Source: Caecitellus pseudoparvulus (taxonomy: Eukaryota; Protista; Bigyra: Bicosoecida). From it: a DNA stretch of 48,567 bases. Position 1 is the stretch's first letter. Each line of letters starts with the position of its first letter. Positions 8,408-21,506 of this stretch are shown piece by piece. The stretch lies in contig CBFFRQ010000123.1 in the NCBI GenBank assembly GCA_965644315.1, positions 1 through 48,567 of the forward strand. The letters run 5' to 3'. The notes under the pieces were generated by a model. It had not been told where the DNA came from and searched no databases. It saw only the letters and a program-made list of their open reading frames with translations. The translations under genes and the position numbers were made by a program.

Positions 8408-11400
8408 ATGAGCTTCGCAACGGTGCCCAGGTGGCGTACGGGCGGTGTCTTTGCTCAGGAAGACACCAATGCCGAGAGAGAGTACGCGCTGGGAGACGCG
8501 CTGGTGAGCACTGCCCCTGCCGCGTCCCTGCTGCCTGCCTGCCGCAGCGACTCAACTTCCGCACGCGCCTGCGCAGCTCACAGATGTCCTTGAGCGGGCA
8601 ACACGAGGGGCACCGAAGCCCACCCTGCACCTCGCCTCTCGAAACATTGCCCTTCTGAACCGAGGGACCATCGCCACGCACCACTTCAAGCGCGTGCTGC
8701 TGGGGAACAACGCCCTGGCCACGCTCGCAGGCGTTGACCAATTCGCCAACGCACACACGCTGTCCCTGGCCCAGAACTGCGTGCAGGACATTGCCGAAGT
8801 GCAGCACTTGCGGCCGCTGACCAACCTGCGCGTCCTGTACTTGGATGGCAATCCCTGCTGTGACTCGCCGCTGTACCGTGACGTTCTGCTGGTGGCCCTG
8901 CCTCGCCTGCAGAGTCTGGACGGCACGCCCGTCGCCGAGGGGGAGCGGCAGGCCGCACAGGCAGCTGTCGCCAAGCTCACCTCTTGCTTGCAGGGCATGG
9001 TGGCGACGGAGGTGCGCCTGGAGCAGCTGCGCCACTTGTGCCGCCACCTGGCAGTGCTGCGGCAGCTGTGGGTGGCAACGTGGGGGGGCAAGGGGGGACC
9101 CGCCATCGCAGGCCGAGGCCTGGACATGCCACAACCAACTCCAGTGAATGTCCCATACATGACATCCAGTGCTTGCCACCCAGTCGACAGCGCACTGGCG
9201 CCGGAGAACGTGACGGCGCTGCGGGTTGCGTTGGAGCACCGCGTTGCACAGCGCTGGCACGCTCAACAGCAGGCCCACACCCTGCACTTGCAGCGGGCCA
9301 AACGCGCGCGCAGCGCAGATGCCGCTGCTGCACGCCTAAAGTCTGCACGGGCGGAGCTGCAGGGAGCAGGCGGGGGCACTGCACACCCAGCAAGTCAGCG
9401 GTCGCAGCAACGCGGGGAGGCTGGCAGGCAGACATCAAAAACGGCCGAGGCACCCGCCACGGCAGCCGGTAAGCAGGAGGATGCAAGGCAAAGGAGTCGA
9501 ACATGGTGGTTTCAGGCCCTGGACAGCGTGGCAGCTGCGCAAACGCAAGAGCTGCACGTGCTGCAAGGCAAGGCGCAGCGCCTGTGTGCCGCGTATGATG
9601 CAGCCCGCAAACGACTGCACGAGCGCCACCCACACCGGCCTGTGGTACAGGCGTCACAGGGATCACACTCTTTGTTTGCTGTGCACTTGCTGCCGCCCCC
9701 TGACACGCTTGGTGACTCGGCCCAGCTCGCCAGCGCGGCGCCTCCGCTGCACAGGCTTGCGGTGCCGCCGACGGCGCAGCCTGCACGCGCTGCCCCTGCA
9801 AGCCCGCCGCGAACACAGCGATCAAGCACGGAACACCGCCCATTGTCCCGCAAACGCCAAGGTAAACGCCCCAGCCGCACACCTCGCAAGACTCACTGGC
9901 CAGCGGAAGCCGTGTCAGCGGGCGGGACCATGGTTGACCCAACAGTAGTTCCGCACGCAGCCGAGTCAGCACCACACAGGGACGGGGAAAGCTCTGCCGC
10001 GCCAAAGCCACGCAGTGCCCCTCCACAGCCCTGCACCACCTCTTCGGGGGCGTCCTCCCTCGCCGGCGCCAAGTCCAGGGACTCCACGCCCCCGGCAAGT
10101 GTCGCTGGGAAGCAGGCGCCGAGGCGACAACCCTGGCGCCGCGTGCATGCCGCGAGGCGCCACCAGCCACGTGAGAGCCAGCCACCCCTCACCACATACA
10201 CTGCCTTGATGTTTCCGGAATTGGCCCTGCAGCAGCACGTGCAGGGCCCGGCTCCAGACAAGCAGCGCGGCGCCAAAGCTGTGCGCAAGAAGCGCCCAGC
10301 GGCAGTGCCCGCCCCGCAAACCGCCCCACCGCAGGAGCCTGAACCGCGGCTCGGCCCGGATTCAGCGGACACTTCCCGTGCTCAGCGAGGCCCTTTGCCA
10401 GACGCCGATGCGGTCGGCCAGGTCGCAACACCCTCATCTCAAGCCGAGAAGTCGCTTCAAACCACCACGCAGCAACGCAGCTTCACCGTGCCCGGCACTG
10501 ACTCTCCCACACGAGCAGATGTGCAGGCGGCCACTGCCACCTTCGTGCAGCACCTGCTGGACCAAGGACAGCGTCAAGCCCCCACTTCAGACACCATGCA
10601 GTCCCTGGCAGCCTCGGGCGTCCTCACGCCAGCTACTGACATGCGAAGCATGCGCCGGCAAGTGGACGCGCTGCTGGCGGCGTTGCGAGAACGGGACGCA
10701 GCGGCCTCTGCCACGCAGCACGCAATGGAGGGCATGCACGCTGCATTAGTTGACGAAATGGTGCGTGCTGCTGACGCCGCACGGGAGGCGCAGGAGCAAC
10801 AGGCCGACCTGCGAAGCCGCCTGGCCGCCGTGCAAGCCGAGTGTGCCGCGGCGACAGAACAGGTCAGCCACTTGCAGCCCGCAGCGGAGGCGGCGGAAGC
10901 GCTCAGCTTGCAGTTGGCGGAGAGCAAGCACCAAGTACAAGTCGCAGAGGGGGCGCAAGCGGAGATGCGCGCGCTCACGCAGCAACTGCAGCAGCAGGTT
11001 CGCACACTCAGCGGGGAGCTGGCACGTGTCGTGGGCATGGACGGCTGTGGCCAACTGCGCAAGGCACTCCAGAGCACTGGCACGTCAGTGAAGCCCCACC
11101 CAGACGTGGAAAGCGACGATAAAGCTGCAGATGCAGCTTGTGATGGTGCAGATCCCGTTGCAGCGGCAGCCGTGCAGCGGTGGCTTGCCGCCGCAGCACA
11201 CCACTCCACCCGCCAAAAAACCACGGCCGTGCGCAGCTGGCGCCAGTTTGTCCGCTCCAAAGGCGCCCGCCGACGCGCAAAAGTCAATAGCCGCCGATTG
11301 ACCGCAGCCCTTCGCCAGTCCCGCATTTCCAGCTCCCTGCAGACGTGGGCACGAGTCACAGCAGCACACGTGCAAGGGCGCACGGCACGGGCGAAACGCC

Positions 11401-14400
11401 AGCAGGCCACACTCTGCACCGCTTTCATGGCTTGGAAGCGGCGAGCCCACTTGCAAGCTGAAGCGTACCGTCTTCAAGCAAGGCACATCTTGGCACGTGC
11501 CTTCAAATCTCTGCGGAAACACACGTGCTGGGCGCTTGCTGCCCGCCGCGTTGCGACGCTTGCACAACGCCGCATGCTCACGGGCGTCGTGCAGGCTTGG
11601 CGCCAAGCAGCCATGCAGCGCAGGTTGCAAGCGCGATTCGCAGCCTTGGACAGCAGCGCCTCCACTCGCGAGCCTGCCACTGACTCGGGCTCACGCAGCA
11701 GCGCAAGTGCCGGCTCGCCCGCCAGCCACGGCAGCGGCAGCGGCAGCACTGCCACAACAGACACCATCCAGCACCTTCAACGCGCCCTGCTGCATGTGGC
11801 GCAGAAGTGCAAGTCTCGGACCTTGTTGCAGCGGTCGTTCGCTGCGTGGCGAGTGTCGGTGCGGGTGGGCAAGCCAGTCAGCACTGCCGTGCAAACGGAT
11901 GCGCCCCCCCCCGTGACTCCTCCCAGGGCGGCAGCGCCCGTCCGAGCGCTGCCCCACTCGCCGCCCGCCGCGCAGCAGACTGTGAGCCCAGACCGCGATG
12001 GCAGCAGTTCCTCGTCCTCCGCAGCAGAAGCGGCCGCACAATCGCACAGCGTTTCAGACTCCGACAGTGACACGCCCATTCGCACGGCATTCTCGCCGCC
12101 GCGCACGCCGTCGGCTCCCCCAGCGAGCGCTGTTTCACGGGTGTCTTCGGCACGGGACTCGAAGCAAGCTGGCCTCGTCACCCAACACACCCCACGGGGA
12201 GGTAGCCACCCGCCAAGGCTGCGAAGCCGTGCCGAGCCACCGCAGCGGTCATTCGCACAGCAGAGCTTGGATGTGCAGGAGCAAAGTCACCGCATCCAAG
12301 TGCAGGCGCTGAAGCTGGAACTAAACGCATCCTTGACAGCTCAAGAGGACCTCCTGCGGCAGCTGGCTGCCTTGCGTGAGGCGTACGACTCAGCTGCAGA
12401 TCAGCTGCAGGTCGCACGTGCCGATGCACAGGAGCGCGCCCGGCAGCACGCGGTGCAGGCTGTGCGGGAAGCAGGACCACCCCCCACCCCTCAGCACATA
12501 TCCACCATCTCCAGCTTGCGCGCGCAGGTCTCTCAGCTGAACGCCATGGTGGCCGCACAGCGCTGTGACGTGGACGACTTGCGGGAAGAGCGCGGTGCCA
12601 TGCAAGGCACGATTGCCCAGCTGAAACGCACCCTGGCAACCTCCACGGAAGCAGAGGCCAAGGCTTCTGGTGCAGCTGCTGCCCGTGTGAAGCAGCTGCG
12701 GGAGTCGGTGGAGGTGGAGGCGAACTTGCGGCGCAGGATTGCCGAGCTCAAGGGTCGGGTTGCCGGGCTGCAGCGCAGCGCAGGCGCCGCCACTGAGGGC
12801 GCAAAGAAGGCATCACAGAAGTGCGCCGCGCTGCGACAAGAGCTGAAGACAACAAAAAGCGACCTTGGTGGCACCATTCGCACCCTGCACAACAAGGTTG
12901 CGGCGCAGCACCGCACGATCGTGTCGCTTCGTGCAGCGCTGGAAACTGCCGAGGAAAGCGCTGCGACTGCAGGCGCCGCAGCCAGCACGGCCAAGCGCAC
13001 AAAGGGGAAGGTCGCCGCGAAATGGCGCAAGAAGGCTGCTGCTGCGGCATCCGAGGCAGCTTCCCTCCGCAGCGCCGTGCAAGAGATGCAGGAGGAAGCT
13101 GCGGCGGTGCAGGAAGCCAACGCCACCGCAGCCGCGGAAGCAGACCAGCGCCAAGCAGAGCTGGAGGCAGCCCATGCCCATGGACAGGCTCAATTGGGTG
13201 CGCTGACTGCAGAGAATGAAGCCCTCGTGGCCAGCTTGGCGGAAATGGAGCGGGCGCTGGCAGGCAAAACGCAGCTGCTGGAAACGGTCGCGGCTGGGGT
13301 TGCGCCGCCCCCCAAGACCACTGCCAAAGCGCCCAAGAAGCGCGACCGCCCACCATCGAAACGACGAACTGCCCGAAGGGGGCGCAGCCCAACTGTTCGG
13401 GGCCGCCGAGAGCACAGAGCGGGGCGTGCCGCCATTGCCGCGCTCAAGAAGCTGCGGACAGCTGCAGCGGAAGTCGGGCTCGCTGCGCACGGCCCAACGC
13501 CTGATATGGCCGGTGCCCGGGGTGCCACACTCATGACAGTGGTGCCAGCTGGTCACCCTGATGACCCAGTGCCGGACGGACACCTCCCAGGGAAGCTGCC
13601 GCGGTCTGGCCAAGCCATGGGCACGTGGACTTCCGGACAGGCGGAAAGTGTGCTGACCGCAGCTGCAGCCCACGCAGCTCGGCACAAAGCAACATCTGCC
13701 ACTCTAGCCCGCATTGGCTCCGAGCTTGCCCAGGCACACCGTGCCTCGTTCACGGTGCACGACCCGCCACATCGTTTCCAGCGCCTGCCCGCTGCTGGGC
13801 GCAGCAAGTGGCTGCGCACGGCAGTCCGCAGCACATCGCCCGCAGCCCGCACTCGAGAGGCGTTTGCCAAGCGGCTGTCCAGTGCAGAGAGGCCTCGAAG
13901 AAGTCGTAGCGCCCCCTCTAAGGGCTCCGATCAGGCGCAGGCTTCGTCATCCACGCCCCTTGCCGCGCGCGAGGCACTTCGGCTGGCTGCTGTCTGTTTC
14001 GGCGAACCCGCCAGCTTGAACAGGGCCCAGAATAAGTCACGCAGGGGGATCCGGCAACGAACACCTTCGCCACATAGGGAGCCCGCGCCTCAGGCTGGTC
14101 CCAGCTCAACAGCAGGTGAGGCAAGGGCTGCACCAGTTCAGGATGCTGACACCACGTCTGCCCAGCCCACGCCCGAGGCCAAACACAGGCCACGCGCAAG
14201 CGAAGAGAGAGGAAACGTCGATGGCACACCCCAGCCACGCCCCCCTCTGCACCCAGAGCAAAGCACCGCCTCCAGTGGGCGCACCGCGTCCATGGCAGGC
14301 GTGGGAGAGGAAGCACGCGGAGAGGGAGTGGTCGCCCCGCCACCCTCACCGACTCTCGGTCCGTGGTCTGTCTCAGGCGACTCAGCAGTGGTGGTGCCTT

Positions 14401-17189
14401 CCACGCACTCCTCTAGCACTGCAAGGACTGGCACAAGCACCGACGCCGCCGCTCACTCGCCCCCTCGCCCATCAGGTGGCGGCGGTTCAGGCACAGCAGC
14501 TCCCCAAACGCCACCCCTTGCAGGGCGGCAGAGCAAGCCCAAAGACGCCCCAGCCACGCCCCCTCCCGTGCAGGAGGAGCCCTCTGCGGCTCAAACACAA
14601 ACCCCTGGGGTTGTGGAGGCGGTGAATGTGCCGGGGGACCGCAAAGAGGGCAGCGGAACCAGACCGGAGGACAGTGCGTCACCGCCCAGCACCATCCCCT
14701 CCCTCTCCCCCACCTCTGCATCCCCTGACTCTGACAACACACACACGGCCCTTGTATGTGCTCTACAGAGCTCCCCTGCAGCCCAGGGAGCCCCTGGTCT
14801 TGACAGTGCACCCGTTCCGAGTCGGGTTCCAACACGGCGAGCGAGAACTGCCTCACCAGCCGTGCAGCGCTGGAAGGCCATCCGACAGAGCCACGCTCCC
14901 GCAGCATCAGGGAGTCAACTTGGGCAGAAAGAAGGCAACGTTAAAGACCCTCGACCTGCTAGGCATCGCCGGGCGGTTTCGGCGCATGTGCGCCGTCGCA
15001 CAGCTGCGAGCCAGGCGGGGTGGGTGAAGCACATGCGTGCCGCACACTTGCGTCGCATGTGGGGACGCTGGCGAGACAGCCAAGCAGATCACCGCGCCAA
15101 GCACTTGATGGCAGGGGGAACAGTGAGCTCCATCACCCCGCACTTGCCCAGCGCCCGCGACGCACGCGAGCCTTCCCAGCTGGCGTTCGGCCAGAACCCA
15201 GAGCAAGCCCATGCCGTGCGGTGGATGGAGCTGGATGAGCAATGCGCCAGCATACACGGGCGATGTGCAGCAGATGCACTGGGCTACTTTGTCCCGCCTG
15301 GCGCCTCCAGTGCAGACATGCTGGCCCTCGTGCCGCAGCAACCAGGGCAGGAGCAGGGGGCTGCCCTGGCACACAGCGTCGTGAAGGCGGCTCGTCGCGT
15401 GCAGGCGGCACAGGCACTGGAGGACTCAACCATTCTGAACTGGGGTGGAGGAGCCGAGGAGAGGAAAGCCACTCCCGTGGACGTCGCCGTTGGGGTGATT
15501 GGGGACCGTGTTGTGTCGGCAGCAGCCGTGCACAAACTGCAGCATCCCTCGGAACCCTTTCCCACGTGCCTGCGAGGCCCAGCCGCGACAAAGCCTCGCT
15601 TTGATCCCCTCCTGAGCAAAGATGGGGATACCCCAGTAGATCCTCCTCTGGACACTGCTACACGGCTCCTGACACTGCCGCCCGGGCGCCCTGACTTGAC
15701 GGTTGTGGGTACGTTTCACGGCGTCAAACTGCGGCCCGTGCATGGCGCCATTCGCACGTTGCAACACCCCGAGGATGCGGTGCATGATATGGTGGAGACA
15801 GCCCACAACCTCGAAAAGTCTGTGGCGCGCCAGGTTGCCGAGCAGACCCCACGTATCAGGGAAGCTGACCACGTCACAAAGGCAGTCCTGGACAGCAGCG
15901 ATGGCCACTCCCTTGCCAGCTCCCGTTCCCGCTCCCGATCACGCTCCCGATCACGCTCGCGCTCCCGATCAGCTTCAAGGCGGCTTCGAAAGTCCTCTTC
16001 CTACCTCGAGCGGTACCGCCATGCGCATGAGTTGTCTGGCAAGGCAAGCCGCTCCGCTGAGGGTGCGCTCGACGACACTGCCTCCACAGTGCCCACAGCA
16101 GTGTGTCAGGATAAGCCCGCCCCTCCTGCAGACATGGAACGTGAAGAAGTCCAAGCAACCGCAGGGCGTGCATCGCCCCAGCCCAGCTCGCCGCCGCCTG
16201 TTCGTCGAGCTGCGCCGGCGTTCACCGACAGCCAGTGGCTGGCCATGCGCCACAAGCATGCAGGCGCACCGCTGCCTCCAAGGCATGGCGCGCCCGAACC
16301 CAGTGCTGCCGCCTCATCGACCGATGTCGCATATGCTTTTCATGCCACATCGCTGGGCGCCGCGCCCCGAAAAGGCTCCCGTTTCAAGGCAGCCCTGGAG
16401 GCGGCTGGTGTGGGAGAGGAGGAGGTGGAGGGCGGGACACAGCCACCACCGCCGCCTTCGAGCATGCTGCTTTCCCCAGTAATGGAGCAGTCAGAGAGCT
16501 CACCCGAGGCGTCGCCTAGTCCGGGAGTGGCGCGTGAGCCACATTTAGAGGAGGCGTCGCACTGGGGACAAGCGCCAGCCCCGCCACGACGGCCCCCCAC
16601 GCCAGAAGTACCAGGCACTGAGGCACAGGCCCAGGACAGCAAAACCCAGTCCGCAGCTGATGGACGCGAGTCCCCCCTCCGGCCAGAACCGCGGCCCGCT
16701 GCCACCTTCAAGGCAGGCGAGCAAGGCGCCGTCGCAGATGAAAGTGGTGCGACAACGTCGGCGCCAAGTGCTGCGGGCCGTGGCAGGGGCCAAAGCGGCA
16801 CAGGCAGCACCTCGCTGCAAGACATGGTGGCTGAACTCGTGGCTGAGACAAACGCTGCCCTAGCCTGGTCCCCTGGTGCGCTGCAAGACGCGGAGGTGAA
16901 GGTGGAAGAAGGCACCAGCATGGCAGCACTGGCCGCCTCGCTTGGGGAGCACTCCACGCCCAGTGCCCGGAGCACATCCGCCTCGTCAGCCATTCGGGCT
17001 TTGGCTTCGACTTTTGTTGACACTTCTGGCAGCAGTGCTGGTGACAGCAGTGGCAGTGCAGCGGACCCCGGCGGAGTGGCTGGCACCCCCGCCGTGTCAG
17101 CCACACAAGCGGCTCTGGCAGCCCTCGGCTACGGCAGCGGGCTGCACGCCACCGCGACGGTGGACGAAGTGGCCCTGTCACACCCTTGA
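8408..17189 (+). CDS. giant (~2900 aa) LRR + coiled-coil + Sfi1-like repeat protein, probably centrosomal/basal-body
   Basis: N-terminal SDS22-like LRRs with LRRcap (LRVLYLDGNPCC..PLYRDVLLVALPRLQSLDG), long coiled coils, several [F/L]xxW[R/K] repeats and a disordered C-terminus. ATG 8408, intron 8504-8576, then one 8.6-kb exon. Confidence 0.75.
15921..15971 (+). repeat. coding hexamer repeat giving an (SR)8 tract
   Basis: tcccgt tcccgc tcccga tcacgc... translates to SRSRSRSRSRSRSRSRS. Confidence 0.85.
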
Positions 17190-17216
17190 GCACCAGGGCA
17201 CCAGGAATTCTGCATT

Positions 17217-18267
17217 TCACTTGCTGCTGTCAAGCCCACACCCCTCCACCCAAGCGGCGCGAAAGGCGGCCTGGGCGTCGGCTGTATACGGCGTAAATCC
17301 GTGCGCTGAGATGATGCTAGTGAAGGTCCAGTGTGTATCGATCCAGTTCAGGCTGTCCAGCAGCGCTGCTGGGCTTCCAGCACTGGCTACGCGCGCCGTG
17401 CGGTAAATCGGCAGGACTGGGTCCTTGTACCCAGCAGGCGCCTTGGTCAACTTGAACCATAAACGGGCGAACCACTGCGGCGCCCAGTGATGCTCTTCGC
17501 CGTCAGGATAGCCTGGGTAGAATGCATCCGAGCAGATGAGCGTATTGGAAGGCTTGTGCAGGAACAGCACCTCGTGCATGGCTTGGACCGCTCCTTGCAA
17601 GTACACTTGCTCCAGGCACGGCAGAACCTGTCCACTGCCATCCTGCAGGCGTTCAAAGCTGCGAAAGGGGGGGGCGGGATCGAATGCGGGCCAAGATCGG
17701 AACAGGGTATTGCTCTCGAACGCACGATTTGAGGTCTGGCATCTTGTCTGCCAGGTCTTCCTCCAGCGCCGCATCGGACAGGTACACTCGCGCCTCGAGA
17801 AACCGAGCTGCGTACGCCTGCAGGAACAGCCAGTGCTGGACATTCGGAGCAACCAGTGCTACAACTTCCCCCATCCCCTCGATGCGCTTGAAAACTTCGG
17901 CGCCAGGCGCAGCCGGGCTGATCACAGCAACTTTTCCTTCGTGCGTCACGAGCGTCATGGTGGTGTCAAGTTCCATAGCCGGCTCAGGCCCTTCTCCGCA
18001 CTCGAAAGCCTTCACTGCTGTCTGCAGAGCCTGTAGGCCCTCTGTCTCTTCCTGCAGCAGCTCAGGGGTGCTGCCAGCCGTAAGCGCGTCCGGGTTGGCC
18101 TCCACCATGGAGAAGAGGCGCTTGGCGATGCCCACTGTGGTGAGCCCTTCAGACTGCCTGAAACCCAACCAAAAGGTAGCTTTCACAATGGTGATGGAAC
18201 TGTTTACTTCCTTCCACTCCAACACACGGGATTGCGGATCACCTGCCTCTGGCGCGCTTGCCGCCAT
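17217..18267 (-). CDS. DUF4336-family protein (metallo-beta-lactamase-like fold)
   Basis: TTMTLV...VISP...GEVVALVAPNVQHWLFL; EVLFLHKPSNTLICSDAF; W.F..IISAHG. Intron 17659-17725 (GTGCGT...CAG) joins ORFs 17653..18267 and 17217..17852. Confidence 0.8.
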
Positions 18268-18780
18268 GCTTGGTCTGTGCTGCGGAAATCACTTCCTTGC
18301 GCCACGCCTCCCGGCCAGCACGCCAAGATTGCCCGCAGATTGGTTGTCCCCTTGCAGCTGAACTGTTGAGAGGACGTGTGACTGGCGAATACCTTGCAGC
18401 TTGCGTAGGAAAGTGACGAAATTTGTCAAACTGCGTAGCTGTACTTGACAATCTGCGATACAGGCAAACTCTGGACTACTCCCAAAAGGGTTGATGGCCG
18501 TCTCCGCTTTGGATGCACCCCGGTTGCCGACGTACTTACACTGCCTTGCCAAAGACATAACTGTCTTCGGTTGGGGACAAGAGTTGCTCTCTTCTTGCGG
18601 CTGGGATCATTTTCTGCGCTTGAGAAAGGTGTTTGCGTGGGCAAGGGACCGAAAGGCGGCAGTGAGAACCAGTTGCCGAGACAGGGAACACTCGCTTGGA
18701 CGGCCAGCGGGTAGCAGCTGAGTGGGCAGACCACAGCGACAGATCCAGGACAGTAAGAGATCGTGGTTCTTGCCTTCATC

Positions 18781-20313
18781 ATGTTTTCCAACAGGGATGG
18801 CTTCGCAGAGGCCATGCTGAAGCTGGGAGGAGGCGTGCAGTCATCTGCGGAAGTTGGGCAAGGCATCGGCGCCTTGCTGGCAGCAGACGTGAACGGGGAG
18901 CTGGAGGTGGCTCGACCCGTGACGCCTCCTTCCGAAGAAGATGACGACGTGGCGGCGGGCGCTGTGAGCGATAGTGGTGCCAGTGACAGCGAGGACGAGG
19001 CGGTGCGCGGCATGGCGGAGGCGGCCAGGCAGAATATCGACCACACTCGCCGCGTCATGTACTCCTTCGCCCGGCACATGTACGAAGCGGAGGAGGGTGA
19101 CAGTTCTGAGGTTGATTCTGGCTCTGCCTCTGGCTCGGAGTCTGATGGAGAGGCTGCAGAGGACGACGCGTCGGCCACCTCCAGCTCGGATGCGGAGGAG
19201 ATGGCCGAGCCGGCCACCTCCCAGCCCAAGCAGGGCGGCAAGGCGCCCAGCCAGCCAAAGCAGGCCGAGGAAGAGGAACATGGCAGTTTCTCAGCCCTGC
19301 ATGCTCCAAAGGCCCCCCTTCCTCTGCTCCCGGCAGCACCCGCCCCGAGTGGCACGCAGGCCAGCACCGCGCCAGTGCCGGCACCTGCACCGGCGCCGGT
19401 GGCCAAACCTGCAAGCTCAGCTGCAGTTTCAGCATCCTCCAAGGCGTCTGAGGACGATGAGGGTGCGGCTGCGGCTGCTGCAGTGCACTACGTGGAGGCC
19501 CGGCTGGCCCCAGGCGAGTCAGGCGTCATCCCTCCCGCCTTTGTGCCCACCAGCGACGCCAGCGTCGTGTTCGTGTCTGGCCTGCCCATGCGTGCAGCAG
19601 AGGCGGGGGGCGGCGCCACAGACCTCACAAACCCTGGCCATTGGTTGGCCGTGGCGAAGGCTTTGCGCACCCTGCTGCAGGCCTGGGGCCCCCTGAAGCA
19701 GGTGCACCCGGAGCGCAACAACAAGGGCAAGGTGGCAGGTTTTGGCTACGTGGAGTTCGAACAGGCCGCACACGCCAAGGCCCTGTTGGCGGAGGCTGAG
19801 CGCCACGCCATCGCCGTGGCGGGGGCCGGAGCCGCCCCGCTGCTCGGCATGAATGACCGCGTCCTGGCAGTGCGCGCCTTCGCCTCCAAGGACAACTACC
19901 GCACGCCAGATGGGAAACGTGCGAAGAAGAAGATGTCCGAGCTGTCTGGCTACGAGGCGCACTCACGGCTGCAGCGCAAGCTGGAGTCAGCTGCGGCCCG
20001 CGCTGGGGCGGAGGGGGGTGATGAGGACGGCGGTGGCGGCCCACAGCGAGCCGGTCGAGGGCGAGGCCGGGGTCGAGGTCGGGGCCGGGGCCGGGGTGGT
20101 GGTGGACGCGGCCGTGGTCGGGGTGGCGCGCACGCTGGACCTCGCCAGGGCGGCTTCAAGCGAGCACGTGAAGGCGGTGCAGGAGGGGAGGAGGGGGGCA
20201 GCCACCCAGCGAAGGCATCCAGAGGAGGCCGAGGACGAGGGGGGGGTCGTGGACGAGGGGGGGGTCGTGGACGAGGGGGGGGTCGCGGTCGGGGGCGTGG
20301 TCGTGGCGCGTGA
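18781..20313 (+). CDS. nucleolin-like RNA-binding protein (acidic region, one RRM, RGG/GAR tail)
   Basis: Acidic Ser-rich N-terminal half; RNP2 VVFVSGLP; RNP1 KVAGFGYVEF; C-terminal (GR)n/RGG repeats. Confidence 0.8.
   Translation: MFSNRDGFAEAMLKLGGGVQSSAEVGQGIGALLAADVNGELEVARPVTPPSEEDDDVAAGAVSDSGASDSEDEAVRGMAEAARQNIDHTRRVMYSFARHMYEAEEGDSSEVDSGSASGSESDGEAAEDDASATSSSDAEEMAEPATSQPKQGGKAPSQPKQAEEEEHGSFSALHAPKAPLPLLPAAPAPSGTQASTAPVPAPAPAPVAKPASSAAVSASSKASEDDEGAAAAAAVHYVEARLAPGESGVIPPAFVPTSDASVVFVSGLPMRAAEAGGGATDLTNPGHWLAVAKALRTLLQAWGPLKQVHPERNNKGKVAGFGYVEFEQAAHAKALLAEAERHAIAVAGAGAAPLLGMNDRVLAVRAFASKDNYRTPDGKRAKKKMSELSGYEAHSRLQRKLESAAARAGAEGGDEDGGGGPQRAGRGRGRGRGRGRGRGGGGRGRGRGGAHAGPRQGGFKRAREGGAGGEEGGSHPAKASRGGRGRGGGRGRGGGRGRGGGRGRGRGRGA
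20055..20310 (+). repeat. G-rich coding repeats (RG/RGG box, including about three 18-nt units ggacgaggggggggtcgt)
   Basis: Tandem GGxCGx units encoding GRGRGRG and GGRGRGGGRGRG. Confidence 0.85.
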
Positions 20314-20342
20314 TGGCAATGCATTGGTCCCGGCTGCACGGC

Positions 20343-21506
20343 TCAACGGGCAGACGAGTGCCCGAGGCTGGTCGTCGTGTGCAGCGGTCGCCCCGAGCGC
20401 ACCCGTGTGCGGGTGTACTCCCCCATCTGGGCAGTCGTGCGCCCTCGCACCCTCCCGGCACCGCTGGTGTTGGGGCGGGCCGACCTATGGTAGTGCACTG
20501 TGAAGGTGTAAATGGCCCCCTTGGCCCCCTTTCCAGGGTGGGCGGGCCTGTCTTGGTACGGGTCAGACATGTGCGCTGGGAAGGCGCCAAACGTGCCTTT
20601 GGCGTGTTTGTCTGCCAGGTGGGGCTTGCTGCGGGCACCCCGCCGCCGTGCGCTGGCGCCACCCTGCGCCTCCTTCCACGAGTCAGGCCCGCCATCTGCC
20701 ATGTACTCAAAGGTGCCGAAGAGGCCGCCCTTCTTGCTGCTGGTGTTGAAGCCTGCGCCGTGCCGCACTCGGTGGCTGGTGTCCCTGGGCTGCCCAGCTG
20801 TGCCTCTGCGGTGGGGGTCGGCGTCCCCGCCCAGGTGCTGCAGCGGCCCGAAGGTGCCCCCCTTGCCACGTCCGAGGTTGTTTCCACGTGATCTGGGCGG
20901 GGGTGTGCGTGCGTGGCTGTGTGTGTCGTTTGCCCTGCGCGGCAGCGGGACATGGGCGCACTCACTTGTACGGCCCAGCGAGGGCCCGGCCTGCTCGGCG
21001 CTCACCCCCCAGTTTGGCCACTTGATCTCGCTGGATGGGAGCTGTGTCCAACGCAGGCTTGGAAAACAAGCCACCCTTGAACTGTGCGAGCAAGGCAGGC
21101 GTGGGGGGTGCAGTGCCAAGGCAGGCCTGGCGGGTCAAGTCGCTGTGCGACCTTGGAAGCTCACGTCTTTGCCCTGGGACTTGAAGGCGGGCTGAGTCAT
21201 GGACGGCTTCACCCCCCCCTGCCCACCACCTTGTGCTGATGCATCTGCTGATGGTTCCAGGGATCGGGGCCGCGTATCCTGCAGGCCCCCCTGGCCCCCT
21301 CGAAACCTGCGCCGCTGCGACGACAGGAAACGGGAGGGCTCTTTCGGTCCGTCCCCGTAGCCGTAGTCCAGGAACTCAGGCTTGCTCAAGGCACCGTCAA
21401 AGGTTGCCCAACGGGTGTCTTTCACAAGACCGCCCCTGTACTCTGGCCCTGGCCCCGAGAAGACATCAACGTTCTTCCGAGCTGTGGCGCCGCAACGAAG
21501 TGACAT
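20343..21506 (-). CDS. CFAP96/C4orf47 (DUF4586)-like ciliary/centrosomal protein
   Basis: Three exons with donors GTGAGC and GTGAGT. Repeated motifs KGGLFSKP, KGGTFGPLQHL..DP, KGGLFGTFEYMAD and KGTFGAFPAHMSDPY resemble DUF4586 repeats (from recall). Confidence 0.6.

Noticed and set aside
18531-18545. GTACTTACACTG resembling the U1 snRNA 5' end
   Set aside because: Mismatches the ACTTACCTG core, and no U1 stem-loops or Sm site are evident.
20055-20310. G-rich tandem repeats as a CRISPR-like or telomeric array
   Set aside because: Fully explained as codons for the RGG tail; no unique spacers.
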